From Amoebidium appalachense (Eukaryota; Protista; Ichthyosporea): a stretch of DNA of 64,000 nt. The position numbers and the translations under genes were made by a program. The notes below the pieces were generated by a model. The model was not told the DNA's origin, ran no database searches, and saw only the letters and a program-made list of their open reading frames with translations. Each line of letters opens with the position of its first letter. Positions within the stretch are counted from its first letter, which is position 1. The stretch covers positions 1 through 64,000 of the forward strand of contig CAVNZM010000017.1 in the NCBI GenBank assembly GCA_963693365.1, written 5' to 3'. Below, piece by piece: positions 38,580-51,793 of this stretch.

Positions 38580-39411
38580 GGGGGGGGAGAATGGGGGGGG
38601 AAGGGGGGGGGCACCCGTCAGTGTGTGTGTGGGTGGGTGTGTGACTAGTGGTAGGTGGGTGGGTGTGTGCATGTGTGTCTACTGTCTGTATCGATGCCTC
38701 TCTGTGTGGATGATATGCATAGACACCATTCTTGTTCATATCGTATTGGTTTGGAAAAGTGTATGACTTTCCTCAATGGGAAGCGGCCGGGAGGGGGGGG
38801 GGGGGGGGGGGGGTTGATTGAGAATAGGTCAAGGCTGTTGGTATGCGAGGGAGGGAGATGTGGGTTGCGATGGGCCGAACATCAACTGGCCAATCAAATA
38901 ACATTCAGTCACGTGAATGGAATGATTGTTGTCTTTATGTGCCTTCATTGGTGCACTTTGACCAATCAGATGTCGCTCGTGGCACTGTTTGCAGAGGGGG
39001 CGGTGGGCTTGCCGGGCTGGGAGCATATGACGACTCATCAGAGGAAGAGGATGGAATCAGCCAATCAAATGCGAGCAAGAAAGCACCAGCCAATGGGCTG
39101 CCACCAGGGTTTTTTGACGAGCCAAATAAGGAGAAGGGTGAGCCGCCAAAATCAGGTGGGTGTATGTGTACCTGTTACTTCCGATCACACTTGCTGTCAT
39201 GATACCCAAATAATTACGGAGCTGCGTTAGTAGAACACGTGCTAGGTGCATGTGGAACAAGGTGTACCAATTACGCGTCCAAGTTGTGTCTCCTAGTCGC
39301 CGGTTTGAGGGGCAGGGACACGGGTGATGCTGTTTGTCTCTTAGGCCATGAAGTGTGCGGGCATGCAGATGAACAGAGCTGGTGTGGCCTGTGTCCTTTT
39401 TTTTTTTTTTT

Positions 39412-39442
<31 letters not shown>

Positions 39443-39961
39443 GGGGGAGAAAGGGGGGGGGGAGGGGAGGGGGGAGGGGGGAGGGGGGGGGAGAGGGGGG
39501 GGGGGGGGAGGGGCGATAAACTTTCATTGATGGTGGGGTTTTTGCAGAAGGGACCGGTGGCAGCACACTGCCTGAGGGGTTCTTTGACGACCCAGAGGTG
39601 GATGCAAAGATGCGACAAGTCAACAAGAAGAAGCAGATGGAGGACGAGTGGGAGAGGTGGGGCGGGGCGGGGGGGGGGGGGGGGGGGGGGGGGGGGAGGA
39701 GCACGATATGGGAGAAATGTTGAAAGGGATGGGGGCTGGGTGGCATAACAATGTGTTGGGAGATGGGACCAGGGGGCGAGAAGGAAGGGGCCGGCTGGGC
39801 ACGCTGCAGGGGAGGAGGATGAACAAGGGAGATGGGGTGTATGTTGTTGTTGTTTGGGGGGGGGGGGGGGGGGGGGGGGGGAGAAGAAAACGTTGCTTTT
39901 AGATTTTTTGCTTTTCTCAAAATGAGTTTGGAAACAGGCACCAAAATGGTGGTGGGTGGAT

Positions 39962-39996
<35 letters not shown>

Positions 39997-40245
39997 AGAA
40001 GGACACCCAGGAAAGTCTGTGTGAGTTGGTGGGTGCATTCAGGTGAAAACTCAACCCCTCTCCTGCTTTCCTCCGCCCCTTCCCCACCCTATTCCTTTCC
40101 GGAACCCTCCATCCCCGTGCCCGTACATGACCTTGGCCACGCACACCATCTGTGCATGCACAAGCACATATGCGCCCACGCTAACACGTGCACACTGGTA
40201 CTCATAATCACTTAACCACTCATGCACACACACACACGCACACGT

Positions 40246-40277
<32 letters not shown>

Positions 40278-40429
40278 CTTCCAGAAGGTGATTGGTGCCG
40301 AGCAGGAGATAGCCGAGGCCATGGAGGAAGAACAGGAGGTGCAGCAGATAGAGGAGAAGTGGGCACGAGAGGAGGTCGAGCAGAGGTGTGAAGTGAATAC
40401 ACACCCCCCCCCCCCCCCCCCCCCCCCCC

Positions 40430-40474
<45 letters not shown>

Positions 40475-40941
40475 ACACACACACCACCACCACCTTTTGC
40501 CCGCTTCCTCTCCCTCCCTTCAACCCGTACACATATTCACATAGATGCAGACACGCACACGAGTCACCACATCCACACAACACCGAAGAAAAGCATCAGC
40601 AGTGGCAACTGAAAGGAGGCGAAAGAATATTGTCGATTGTTGAGCCACAGATCGCCGTTCTGGAGGGAGGCGAAAGAATATTGTCGATTGTTGAGCCACA
40701 GATCGCCGTTCTGGAGGGAGGAGAAAGAATATTGTCGATTGTTGAGCCACAGATCGCCGTTCTGGAGGGGTTCTGATGGCATATACCAACAACCCCCCCT
40801 CCCCCCCCCCCCCCTTCCCCCCCACCCTCCCCCCCGGCCCGTCTTCCCACCCTGGCATGTATGCGTGCACACAGTTTCACACAAGAAACACGTACACGTT
40901 GAACACTTATGTCCATGCAAGCGCGGGCACCCATCCACCCA

Positions 40942-40996
<55 letters not shown>

Positions 40997-41155
40997 CAGT
41001 ACAAGTCTAAGGTTGCCCTGCTACGACAAAAACAACTCGAAATTCAGCACAAAAAACAACAGGCGGGGGGAGGGGCAGCAATTAAGGCAACATACATGGA
41101 GTTGGATGAGGAGGAGGAGGAGGATGAGTTTGATTGGAGGGCAAAGAGGATATAG
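35955..41155 (+). CDS. ZNF830: Zinc finger protein 830 homolog (spliceosome-associated; ~285 aa, 8 exons)
   Basis: Exons: 35955-35966, 36733-36809, 37157-37256, 38312-38417, 38970-39155, 39548-39656, 40278-40385, 40996-41155 (858 nt). Hallmarks: [64 protein letters not shown], and C-terminal FDWRAK. Confidence 0.9.
36810..37156 (+). other. AT-AC (U12/minor-spliceosome-type) intron, 347 nt, phase 2
   Basis: Needed to join ...CTGGCCAA| to |ATACAATGCT (LAK-YN). Starts ATATCACA and ends GCACAC. Branch motif CCTTAAC at 37141-37147, 9 nt before the 3' end, with no polypyrimidine tract. Confidence 0.85.
40615..40767. repeat. 51-bp tandem repeat x3 in ZNF830 intron 7
   Basis: GGAGGCGAAAGAATATTGTCGATTGTTGAGCCACAGATCGCCGTTCTGGAG three times, head-to-tail, no spacers. 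Confidence 0.9.
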
Positions 41156-41809
41156 GGATTTATTTATTGCTTGATTGGATGGTTGGGAGCATATGTAGTT
41201 TGATTGGTGGGAGAAGAGCATATAACAGTTACAGTTAGGGGTTTGATGAGACGGCAAAGAGGATGCTGTATATGTGTCAAAGACGATCTCGGAGCTTGAT
41301 TGGAGCACAGCGTGGGTGGGTGGGGTTGTGGGGTTTTTTTCTGGGGGGGGGGGGGGGGGTGGGTTTCATCATGCTTCAATTTGGTTTTAAAATCATATGA
41401 TTGGTTTTCGTATCATGTTGTTCATCTCAAGAGATGTAAGGGGGGGGGAGGGGGGGGGGGGGGGGGTTATTTGAATTCATGTACATTTTGTATGACGGCC
41501 GAAACAGGCAAATGGGGATGAATGGAGCAAAACCCTGGTGGGTACAAACATAAATCACAATCGAATAAGTTTGCATCCGATCTATATCGATAGCCATGTG
41601 TTAGATCCCCTGGTGGTTAAAAATCGTGGCCAATATCTAAGACAACTTCGCATTTTAGATTTTAATTCTCGGGGCCGGTGCAGGGTCTGGGGCTAAGGGC
41701 AAAAGCATAGGATTGAAAGGCCTTTTGGGGGGAAAGGTTTGAGCCGTGCGTCATCGTGATCACGGTGTGGTTGCACGTGGGCCGGTATGGGGCCCGTGTA
41801 GGTGAGGGG

Positions 41810-41854
<45 letters not shown>

Positions 41855-42018
41855 TCAACGGTTGGGGGGGGTGGGGGGGAGATCCCTCGGTACGGTACGG
41901 GGGTAATCGATTGATGAAAGGGGGGGTCTCGTATATTGAAAAGGGGTTCAGTTTGTTTTCAAGTTTTTTTGTGTTTTTTTTTCCTTTTTTTTTTCCCGCG
42001 CTCCTGCCGATTTTTTTT

Positions 42019-42062
<44 letters not shown>

Positions 42063-42710
42063 CGATTTGGCCATGCTAGCATTCTCGAAGTTCAAAATTC
42101 CAACGAAAACTTTTATTCTTATGTACGTTAGCGGTTCGTGGATCATCAAACCGTATGTGCACGTGGTTGTGTGCACGTGTGTGCTGCCAGAATACGAGTA
42201 CCCCATAGACATATATAAAGGGGGTAAGCTAAGACCTATACGTGGGTGAGGCTCATACGTGTACAGAATTAAACATTCAAAAATGTGTGAGTGCCCATGG
42301 GTGTATACATGGCCCCGGGTTCTGTGTATATAAAAATGCCGGTAAAAAACTTCCAAAAAGGTAGTCTATGCATGCCAAACATTCATTCCCGAAAATAGGA
42401 AGAAAAAACGTGGCTTTCAAATTGCCATGATGCACACGCAAGAAAAATCAGCTCAGGACCCGTTCACAACACATGCCACATTGGAGACAAACCAGAAGCA
42501 GCATGTGTAAAAATCAGAGTGACGAAAATGCTAGAAGCAAATCACGTGCATAAACACGTGCACATGTGTTGCTGCACGTGCATGTGTACCTGCCATCCTG
42601 CACACATCCTGTGCAAGTTCACATGCACGCCAGCCGCTATGTCACATCTTCCCGCACACGTGCACCCGCACACACACATGGCTTGAAGCACACACCGTGC
42701 ACGTGCGTTG

Positions 42711-44827
42711 CTATTGCCAGCCCCCATGGTGCGCCAGATACCAGTCATAATAGAAGTACGCGGGTGCGGCCAAGAACACCACCACCACCAGCACACTCAG
42801 CACAAGCATGGCCCGCCCCCCTCCCTCTTGACCAGCACGGGGGGTGGGGGCACCGTGTCTAGCTGCTGTCTCCTCTCCGTGCTCATTGCTCGTTCCATCT
42901 GCGTGCGCACATTCTCGATGTTGCGTTCAACACTCGCTAGGAGCTTGTTGCCCTCCTGAGAATGGGGGGGGGGGGGAAGGGGTGATGTATGCGTTAGAGG
43001 GTTGGAAATATGGAGGAGACACCAGAGGACAACAACCAAACGTCACAAAAATGAGAAGCCCGAAATCAAACCATGCAAGTGTGGGGGTTGTTAGAAAGCG
43101 GAATAAACTTCGAAATGGCAATTGCACATTGAGAAACACGGTGCAGGCATGTGCAATATTCAAGGATGCAACATCAGCAAAGTCTTGCAGTCTAGCACGT
43201 AACATACCGCCCGGGGAAAGGGGGGGGAGGGGGGGGGGGGGGGGGGGGGGGGTCGGCGAACCGTTTGGTTTAGCAAATGCTTGGGTCTAGTTGTGTAAAA
43301 TTGGCTTTGTGTGTGTTTAGATTTGGCTTGGTGTGTGCTAGCCCTTTGTGCCTAATCAATGGGCAGACAAGGTCACCACTTCTTGATGGCTAAGGACGGG
43401 GGATGATAGGCTGCAGGAGAGGTGGAACACGGTGTTCCAACGAGGATGCCAGCGTGCTCTTGCCTATACAGGGTCTCAATGCAAAGCCCACCCTTGTCCC
43501 TCCCTCCCTCCCCCTAAACCCCCTCCCCCCCCCCCCACCCCGCCCGCCCCCTCCCCTTCTCCATTAGCACGCTGAGTTGGCATGCATCTTATTTGGGGCA
43601 CTTACCTCAATGGGTGTGGCCCTGTCCTCGATCAAGATGTCTATGTCTGAGGCCACCAAAGTCAGTCCACTCTTGTTGGCTCGCTGCGTGTCTGGCGGTT
43701 GCTGGGAGGCGGAGGGAGTTAGAATGCGCAACACGCTATGAAGGACAACTCCACGATGTGGGGTATGCTCCAGAGTATTAAGTACACATTCAGGGCGGAC
43801 TACAACACACAATTGGAAAAACAACAAGGGGTAAAGGGGGAGGGAAGGTGGATAAGGGAGGGGAGAGGTAGAGGGAGCGCCGGGGAAGGGGGGGGGGGGG
43901 GGGGATGCGTGAGGCGGGGGACGGGGGGGGGGGGGGGGGGGGGGGATTACAGCGGACATCGGTTGTCCGGTGAAAAGGTGTGGGGCAGCCAAAGTTTCGC
44001 CTTGTTGATAACAATAGGAGGGGAGGGGCCAAAAAGGTGGTGTGCAAGTGCATGTCTGTCTGTGAAGCCACGTGCAGGCTCACGTGTGATCGGGTGCCAG
44101 TGTGCTGTATAAGTGCAGCCATGCAATGTTGCCTGTGTGCACGTGCATGCATGTGCCTGTGTACGCATCAAATACCATCGTGCATGCCTGTGTGTGCCAT
44201 TCACATCTGTGACACACACGTGCATCACGATTGAGGGTGCACGTGCATGTGCCGTGCGTGCACGTGCTCACCAGCTTATCCGCCTCTGTCTCCGTGAGGA
44301 TGCTATATTTGGGGATTGCTATTTTTAGCCACTTGCGGGTGTGCAGGTCGCTGTCCTGCCACATGCTGTTGGTCTTCTTTATTTCGGCTGCCTGTGGAGG
44401 AGAGGGGGGGGGGGGGGGGGGGTTGAATACGGAACACGGTACGAAGTACGCATACACGATGAGAACCATGGTGCAGGACACATGCAAAGACAAACATTCA
44501 AGTATGCAACATCAGCCATGCGCACAGTATGCGTCATAAGCAGAGCCCATCCTCAGGGAGGGCCCAAGTCATCACTTGCGTCTGAGTTTCGACCCCTTCG
44601 CCCGCGTATATACGACTCTCCAACTCAGACAGCAGCATCAACTGAACTTGGGAGGGTCAACCCGTCTTGATCACAGGCGAGCAGGGTTGCTTATGCAAGC
44701 AAGGTGAGCAAAACGGTGAAGATGGGTGAGGGGGGGGGGGGGGGGGGGGGGGGGATGGAGGAGGGGGGAGGGCACACGTGAGGGGTTGTCTCACACACAC
44801 TCACACACACACACACACACACACACC

Positions 44828-44859
<32 letters not shown>

Positions 44860-45271
44860 ATGCACTCCCAAATACGCCCTCGTGCATGCAAGTCCGTCCA
44901 CAAACACACACACACACAAAAACCTGTGTTGTATAATAGATGTCAAGAAGCAGGGTACCTTGTGCACCAACACACACCTACAGAAACAACCACCATGGAG
45001 GGATGCTGTGCAACCAACAAACCAACCAGTAGACCTCAGTAGTGAGCTCGGAAGAAAGAAGGTGTGCTCAGTGTGGGTCCTTGTACTATCCCCTCCCCCC
45101 TCCCCCCCCCCCCCCTCTCTCTCTCTCTCCCCCCCCCCTCCCTCCCCCCCCCCCCCAAAAAAAAAAAAAAAAAAAAGAAAGAAAAAAAAAAAAAAAACCA
45201 AGCCAGCTTCACGTAAACACGCCACCAGACTCGGCCCAGCTTTGGCTACTGCCTATATATTCCCCCCCCGC

Positions 45272-45305
<34 letters not shown>

Positions 45306-45552
45306 ACACACACACACACAAACACACACACACCACCACGACCACCACGACCACCATCCCTCCCCCCTCGACACCAACCACCTTCCCCCCCTTCCCCCCC
45401 ACCCCACCCTACCCCCGGAAACATCTTTAGGTCGATGCATGTTTCTCCCGTGTCTACTTACACAGTTCTTTATTCTGTTTCCAATCTCTCTCCCTCTCCT
45501 TTTCAAAAATACACACACTCAGCCCCGCCCTCCCCTTCCCCCCCCTTCCCCC

Positions 45553-45583
<31 letters not shown>

Positions 45584-45889
45584 AAAAAAAAAACTCCCAA
45601 CCCCAACCCCGCCTTCTGCCCCACAGCCCTCACCGCCCACTGTACTCCATTCACCACCCTGCCCACAAAAGCCCTTCTTGACCCAGTCCTACCTATCTTG
45701 CATTCTCCTCGCCTTTCAACTTGCCCGTTCTTTTCAAACACCTCTGGGGATATCAAACGAAAGATAGGTGGAGGGTTTGGACCAATTATAACAGCAAAAT
45801 ATGGAAAAAGGAGACTAAAAAAGTGCTTGCTTGTGCGCTCACGCAACCCTTTGCCCTACCCACCCACCCCCCCCCCCCCCCCCCCCCCC

Positions 45890-45943
<54 letters not shown>

Positions 45944-46592
45944 ACCACCACCACCACCACCACCACCACCCTCCCCACCACCACACACAATCACCCAAAT
46001 GAAAAAGAAGAAAAAAAGATGGAAAAAAACATGAAGAGAGAATGAAAGGCAGAGAACGCCACATAAGCGAACGTGTGCATGCTGGTATTCACGCACACGG
46101 AACACACAGCACGTATGTGCAAGCGCATGCCGCACGCAAGCATCTATTAAACTAAAAGCACTTGCGCACACACGTAGTCTTCTCCAAGTCACACGCACAC
46201 TGCACGTACGTGCGCACGCCTTAACAAAAAACCACGCACAAACCGGCACACATTCATACCAACCAAACCTGACAAACTCATTGAATCAAGCAACCCCTGC
46301 CCCAACTTACCGAGACTCTATACTTGATGGCTAGACCCGCCAAGGTATCCCCATCCTCGACCGGATGATACAACACGGCGTGTGTCTCCGTGTCCTCCTG
46401 CTGCCCAAACATCTCCTGATATGAAACATGACCTCCCCTCTTCTTCATCATTCCCGAGCTACTGCTACTTGGCGAGCTAGGTGTTCGAGAAAGTGGTTCC
46501 TTGCCTGATGATGATGCCCTCACCCCTTCTCCCTTTCTAGTTTCACGTAGTAACGGTGCCATCTCATGGCCTTGCATGTTAATTGGGTGCAT
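42711..46592 (-). CDS. LysM-domain membrane protein, LYSMD3/4-like (~247 aa, 4 exons; one apparent 1-nt deletion in the last exon)
   Basis: Exons: ~46592-46311, 44391-44272, 43701-43606, 42955-42711. LysM: HPVEDGDTLAGLAIKYRVSAAEIKKTNSMWQDSDLHTRKWLKIAIP. The C-terminal TM segment AMLVLSVLVVVVFLAAPAYFYYDWY lies one base out of frame, after homopolymer runs at 42816-42821 and 42839-42844. Start codon uncertain (46592 or 46577). Confidence 0.8.
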
Positions 46593-47487
46593 GGGGAACA
46601 CACCCTCAACTACTCTCCTACCAATCACTTGCACTCCCTTCCACTTTGCTTGCTTCTACACATGTGTCTGCCAGACTGAAACAGTGAAACCGTGTGAAAG
46701 GGTCAGAGGCTGTGGGTTGGGCGAACGTTAGTGGGCGAATAAATTTGCCTTCCTCCTTATCGCTACGATCCAACCAATCATAATTCATGAGTAGTGGGTG
46801 CTATTTTGATTTGCGTAAATCTAGTTAGCTGACGGGCAGAGGCTCGAACGGTGAGAAAGGGAAACAGGAGGCATGAAGCGTTTGCTAAGCTTTCAAAGAA
46901 TTGGCTAGCATTCAAGTGCCTGCGACCACGGCTTGTGGAGGACATGGTTGGAATAGGCCGAAAAATCGGGGTGTGGTGAGATAAAAAATTGAAAAAAGAG
47001 CAATTTAGAGGAAGGCCAAAGGGTATGTGGAAACTTTGAAGGAACTTTGATGGGAAGGGGGGGGGGGGGGGAGGGGGGGGGGGGGGGGAGGGGGGAAGTT
47101 ACCCGAAGCCATGGGCAACTCTGGAAGTTGTCGGAAGGACGCTAAATTCTCATGATCACGCAGTTACGCGTGGCGGAAGGACATGCTATGCATCTTGAAG
47201 GTGCATGCGACACCGAGAATAAGCCTTCCTCCGGGGCACGATGTTGTACCACACAAAAGCAAAGAGAGCCGTGGCCTGGCCAGGGGATCAGAGGGAGAGG
47301 GGAAGAGGAAGGGTAAAAGGGAGGGGGTGGGGCGGGGGGGAGGGGGGGACGCCGAGAGTAGCGTGATATAACCCAAAGTATGTAGCCATGCTCTAGCAAC
47401 CGTTCACAAGGGGGCACATCACCGGTAGAACTGTCTTACAATTATGCAGCAGCACCCCCTTACATATACAACACCACTGGGCCTATA

Positions 47488-48234
47488 CTAAGAGGGCCGC
47501 CTCTGCTGCCTGACCAGCAGGCGCTTCATATCCAGACCATACGTTCCAAAATAGGCAATATAGCTAAACACCACCGCCCACTGCGACACCCCCGCCACCC
47601 TCATACGATACGTGATATCTTCCTCGTAACTGCGCACTATAGTTGGGTGGTAAGCAAGGGAGGAAAACGTGGTCAGTGCTGGGATACAGAGCAGTGTGAC
47701 CTTGAGAGAGTAGGAGAGTTTGGACGAGCGAAGAATCTCATTGCTAGTGCATGTAAACATGAACACCACAATGGAGGAGTGGGTGAAGGCTGCTAGGAAG
47801 AATACACCAGCAAAGGACTGGTGGACTATGGAGTCTGTTGTTATGTTTCCTTTTCGATAGAGCAGTGTGTCTACACAGTCTGACTGCAAAGGCACTATGC
47901 CCTGCACAAAGATACCACACACGGCAATGACGGCTGTAACCAAGGAAACAACAAACAGAAAAGGATACTGAGGTCTAAAAACAGGGCCCATGATGGTTTG
48001 GAAAAGATACACTGTGCGTATGAGCAGCACGCTGACTACCGTAAACCCTATCCTGTATACGTGCCTCTCCGGTGGCAGACACCCGCACAGGGAGATGACA
48101 GGCATGTCGACCCACGGGGGAAGGTGGTTTGAGGTGAGCGTCAGGAAGAGCAGAGCAACAATAGTGATGAATGCGGTGGTGGCACCGATAAAAGGCACTG
48201 CCCAGGTGGTCAGCGATGTGTGTTGAGAAGACAT
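47488..48234 (-). CDS. Frag1/DRAM/Sfk1 (TMEM150-like) family multi-pass membrane protein, intronless, 248 aa
   Basis: Clean ORF with about 6 hydrophobic segments. PVISLCGCLPPERHVYRIGF resembles the family PxISxxGxxPPExxxF motif. Also VHQSFAGVFF and QWAVVFSYIAYFGTYGLDM. Confidence 0.8.
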   Translation of the reverse strand: MSSQHTSLTTWAVPFIGATTAFITIVALLFLTLTSNHLPPWVDMPVISLCGCLPPERHVYRIGFTVVSVLLIRTVYLFQTIMGPVFRPQYPFLFVVSLVTAVIAVCGIFVQGIVPLQSDCVDTLLYRKGNITTDSIVHQSFAGVFFLAAFTHSSIVVFMFTCTSNEILRSSKLSYSLKVTLLCIPALTTFSSLAYHPTIVRSYEEDITYRMRVAGVSQWAVVFSYIAYFGTYGLDMKRLLVRQQRRPS

Positions 48235-48953
48235 GCTCGCTGGGTTAGTTTGACGATTTGTTGTGGTTGCTGGATGACTACCCGGGTCCGGCGAGGCTCA
48301 AAGAGAGAGAGAGAGAGAGAGACAGCGAGAGAGAGATAGAGAGAGTATGTGTGTGTGTGCGTGTGCGTATGCGTATGTGCGTATGTGTGTGTCTGTGTAT
48401 GTGCATGCGCGTGTTTAGACAAGGTACGGTGCCTCAGCGAACATGCTGATGAGCCTCCCTTTGTTGCCTTGGAATGTCACTCTCCTCCCAGGTGGAAAAG
48501 AAAAAAAAAAAAAAAAAAAAAGCGGTGTGGAGTCGGAGCACGGGCATGGCGTAACACGCCCCACATTTCAAGTGACATTTGTTTTTTGCAGATCTGCAAC
48601 TTCTGGATGTCCGTCCACGAACGTTGTTTTGATTGAGTGGCTTGAACAGGTTTGCTTTCCAGGAATTTGGATGAATGTGCTAGGAATCCATTTGTTGGCC
48701 GTTCACGCCTTTTGGTTGGTGGTAGAACAACATTCCAAATTTTCCAAAATTAACTGCCGTGTCCCAGCCGCCTGATTGGTGGGCGCGTGTGCCCTCCACA
48801 GGTATATGCATGTCCGACAAGCCAACGTTGTTAACCACAACTTGAGTGGCACCACTACCTATATTTATTGTAAGTTAGGCCCTTACACCATATACTCAGA
48901 CAGGCACCACACACACACGTTCCCTAACGAGCACAAATATGGATGCGTGCTCG

Positions 48954-49044
48954 AGCCTCTCATGCTGAATGCTCGTTATCAACCATAGTGCAATTTCAGC
49001 CTCTCATGCTGAATGCTCGTTATCAACCATAGTGCATTTTCAGC
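48954..49044. repeat. 44-bp tandem duplication
   Basis: AGCCTCTCATGCTGAATGCTCGTTATCAACCATAGTGCA(A/T)TTTC twice. Confidence 0.85.
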
Positions 49045-49558
49045 CCTCACATTCAGTACGTGACCGTCCGGGCACCCCTACTACATGTACACGTGTGCCT
49101 TTCAACAGTTCATGATTCTCCCGTGTTTCTACTAACCGGTTTCAGATTTTAATGGCTAAGACGTGGGCGAGACAGAAAAAGCAAGGACATGCACACGCGT
49201 AGTATGCTCCACAAGTACAAACGGTTGTACACGTCAGTCCACTGTGTATACATATTGAATTCCGCGCACGTGCAAACCGTCATGTTATACGTCACACCCC
49301 GTATGGTGTCCATGCACAGACACAGAGACATGTACTCACGCTCCCCAACGCTTTCTTTCTTTTCTTTTTCTAATTGTTTCTTTGCCTCTCACTCTTATCC
49401 CCCCACGTGCACACCCCTCCCCGAGGAGCCCTGCGCTCCCTCGGACTCTGTGGCACTGCATATATGCACACATATACATACATGCAAAGTGTCACGCACA
49501 AACCCGCAGTGTACATAAGCCCGCGTGCGCACTCGCGCACGCGCGGCAAAACACACAC

Positions 49559-49647
<89 letters not shown>

Positions 49648-49664
49648 ACACTCACACTCACTCA

Positions 49665-49705
<41 letters not shown>

Positions 49706-50060
49706 TAATCAACACACATTCACACACACACACAAAGTTCGTGGCACACACAAACATACACACATTTACACACACCCACACGTGCGCGCACAGTAACACA
49801 TTCAGCCACACACAAGCACACATGATTAGTACTGATCAGGTGACCGTATAGATATGCAATTTATCACATTGTGATTGGCACATGTCACAGTCCAGTATAC
49901 ACACGCACAGCGTGTGCACACCCGCACACGCACACGCGCATGCCCATTCGCACGCAGACGCAGGTGCATCCCCCCCTCCCTCCCCCCCTCCCCCCCCCCC
50001 CCCCCCCCCAAAAAAAAACACACACAAAAAGAAAAAAAAAAAAGTGCGCGCACACACACC

Positions 50061-50150
<90 letters not shown>

Positions 50151-50586
50151 GAGAGAGAGAGAGAGAGAGAGAGCACAAAAACCACATGAAGTGCCTATGC
50201 CCTCCCCACCACTATCCCTCCCAGTATCCCCCTCTCCAATCTATGCACACCGATCCGCATGTGGCCATAATCAGAATGATGCAGATTTTTTTTTTAAGCA
50301 GCATTTATTTGTAGTTACACGCACCCGCACCTTTCCTCGCATCGTTGTTTGATAAATCATATAAGGTTTACCAGTAGTGTGCACACAATACCGCTGATGC
50401 GGCACATCGTTAAAAAAAAAGAAATAATATTCTTTGAATAAAGAATTCCGGATTGTTGATAGATATATCAGGATTTGACGACGAAACGATTCGGAAGTGT
50501 AAATTGTTGACATAGCTCTCTAGTAACGGGGCCATTGGAGCAGCGGGATTGTTCGTGTTTACACAGAAAACTGCATTTCCGACGCA

Positions 50587-51236
50587 TTGCCATTCGCGGC
50601 GCCCAGACGCGTGTTTCTTATGGGACAGGTCATTAGGGAATATCCGATACAGTGTGTGGTGTCCATGCTTGGGGTGTGTGCTATGGGGGCTCAGGTCTAT
50701 GTTGGTGGGGCATGGCAGCTTAACTTTGTGGAGAAATACGGTGCCGCCACAGCAACAGGCGCACTGTATGCATCACTCGGGGGGTATGCTATCAACTTCG
50801 CTATGCAACCGCTCATGGGGGCACTTACTGATGCTTATATGGTGGGTAGGGTCATGGTATGTCTCTGGCCACGTGCGTGCTCCTAACTAGCAGGTGTTGG
50901 GGTGTCATGACGTCATATCTGCAGTGCCCTGTTGCTTGCTATTTTTTCAATGTGTGCGTGTCTTCAACAGGAAATAGCGTGCTTAACCTATGGTGCGCCG
51001 AACTATTCCCCACCCACCTAAGAATGACAGGGTTAGTGTTTTACAACCTCACATTTGGTATATTTGGTGGGTTGGGTTCGGTGGGGGTGGATATGATTGC
51101 CAAAGAAAGTGTGTGGGCGCCTGTGGGATTAATGACGTCATTAACTGTTGTTAGTGCGATGCCACTGGGGGTGTGCTACTGTGCGCATGTGAGGGGGTGT
51201 TGGGTGGTGGCTCATGGAAGGCCCGAGAGATACTAG
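50587..51236 (+). pseudogene. Truncated, frameshifted MFS transporter (MHS/ProP-like), C-terminal half only
   Basis: First frame: MGQVIREYPIQCVVSMLGV...FAMQPLMGALTDAYMVGRVM (motif A-like). Second frame: LWCAELFPTHLRMTGLVFYNLTFGIFGG (the ELFPT...YN...FGG signature). The shift lies at about 50857. No N-terminal half is visible. Confidence 0.7.
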
Positions 51237-51502
51237 GCAATAGTCTTTGTAATGTGTTGAGAATCACTTTGAAGTTTGGTTTTTTGTGTTTTTTGTGTTT
51301 TGACATAAGTTAACAAAGTGCAGCACGCGTGTGCGTGCGAATGCTAACTAGAATATACCCTTTATGGTTGGTAGCTACTCGATGCATTAGGTTTCAAACG
51401 ATTTAAGGCTGGAAAAAATGCCACAAAAAGGCAACAAGGTGACTAAATCCATAATTTGAGGAACTTGAATTTTAAATCGCCGGTGACTGACTCGGTGCAC
51501 CC

Positions 51503-51533
<31 letters not shown>

Positions 51534-51741
51534 ACCCCCCCCCTCTCCCCACTCCCTCTACCCTCTCCCCCGGCCTCGATTCCGACCCCGCATACACGCA
51601 CGGCACGCTCACACGCACACGCACACGCACACGCACAAGCGCACACACACACACGCACACACACACAGAGAGGCAAACACGGACACAGACACACACACCG
51701 TGACACACACACACACAGAGGGAGAGAGAGACAAACACGGA

Positions 51742-51793
<52 letters not shown>

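Noticed and set aside
40615-40767. Possible CRISPR array (51-bp units; also the 46-bp units at 59793-59926)
   Set aside because: The units are head-to-tail with no unique spacers, the context is eukaryotic, and no cas genes are present.
42825-42853. 29-nt GT-AG intron as a fix for the LysM frameshift
   Set aside because: It restores the frame but is far shorter than any other intron here and lacks a branch site. A homopolymer indel is simpler.
50857-50893. 34-37-nt GTATGT...CTAAC..AG mini-intron as a fix for the MFS frameshift
   Set aside because: Splicing it leads into the third frame and a stop, not into the ELFPT frame.
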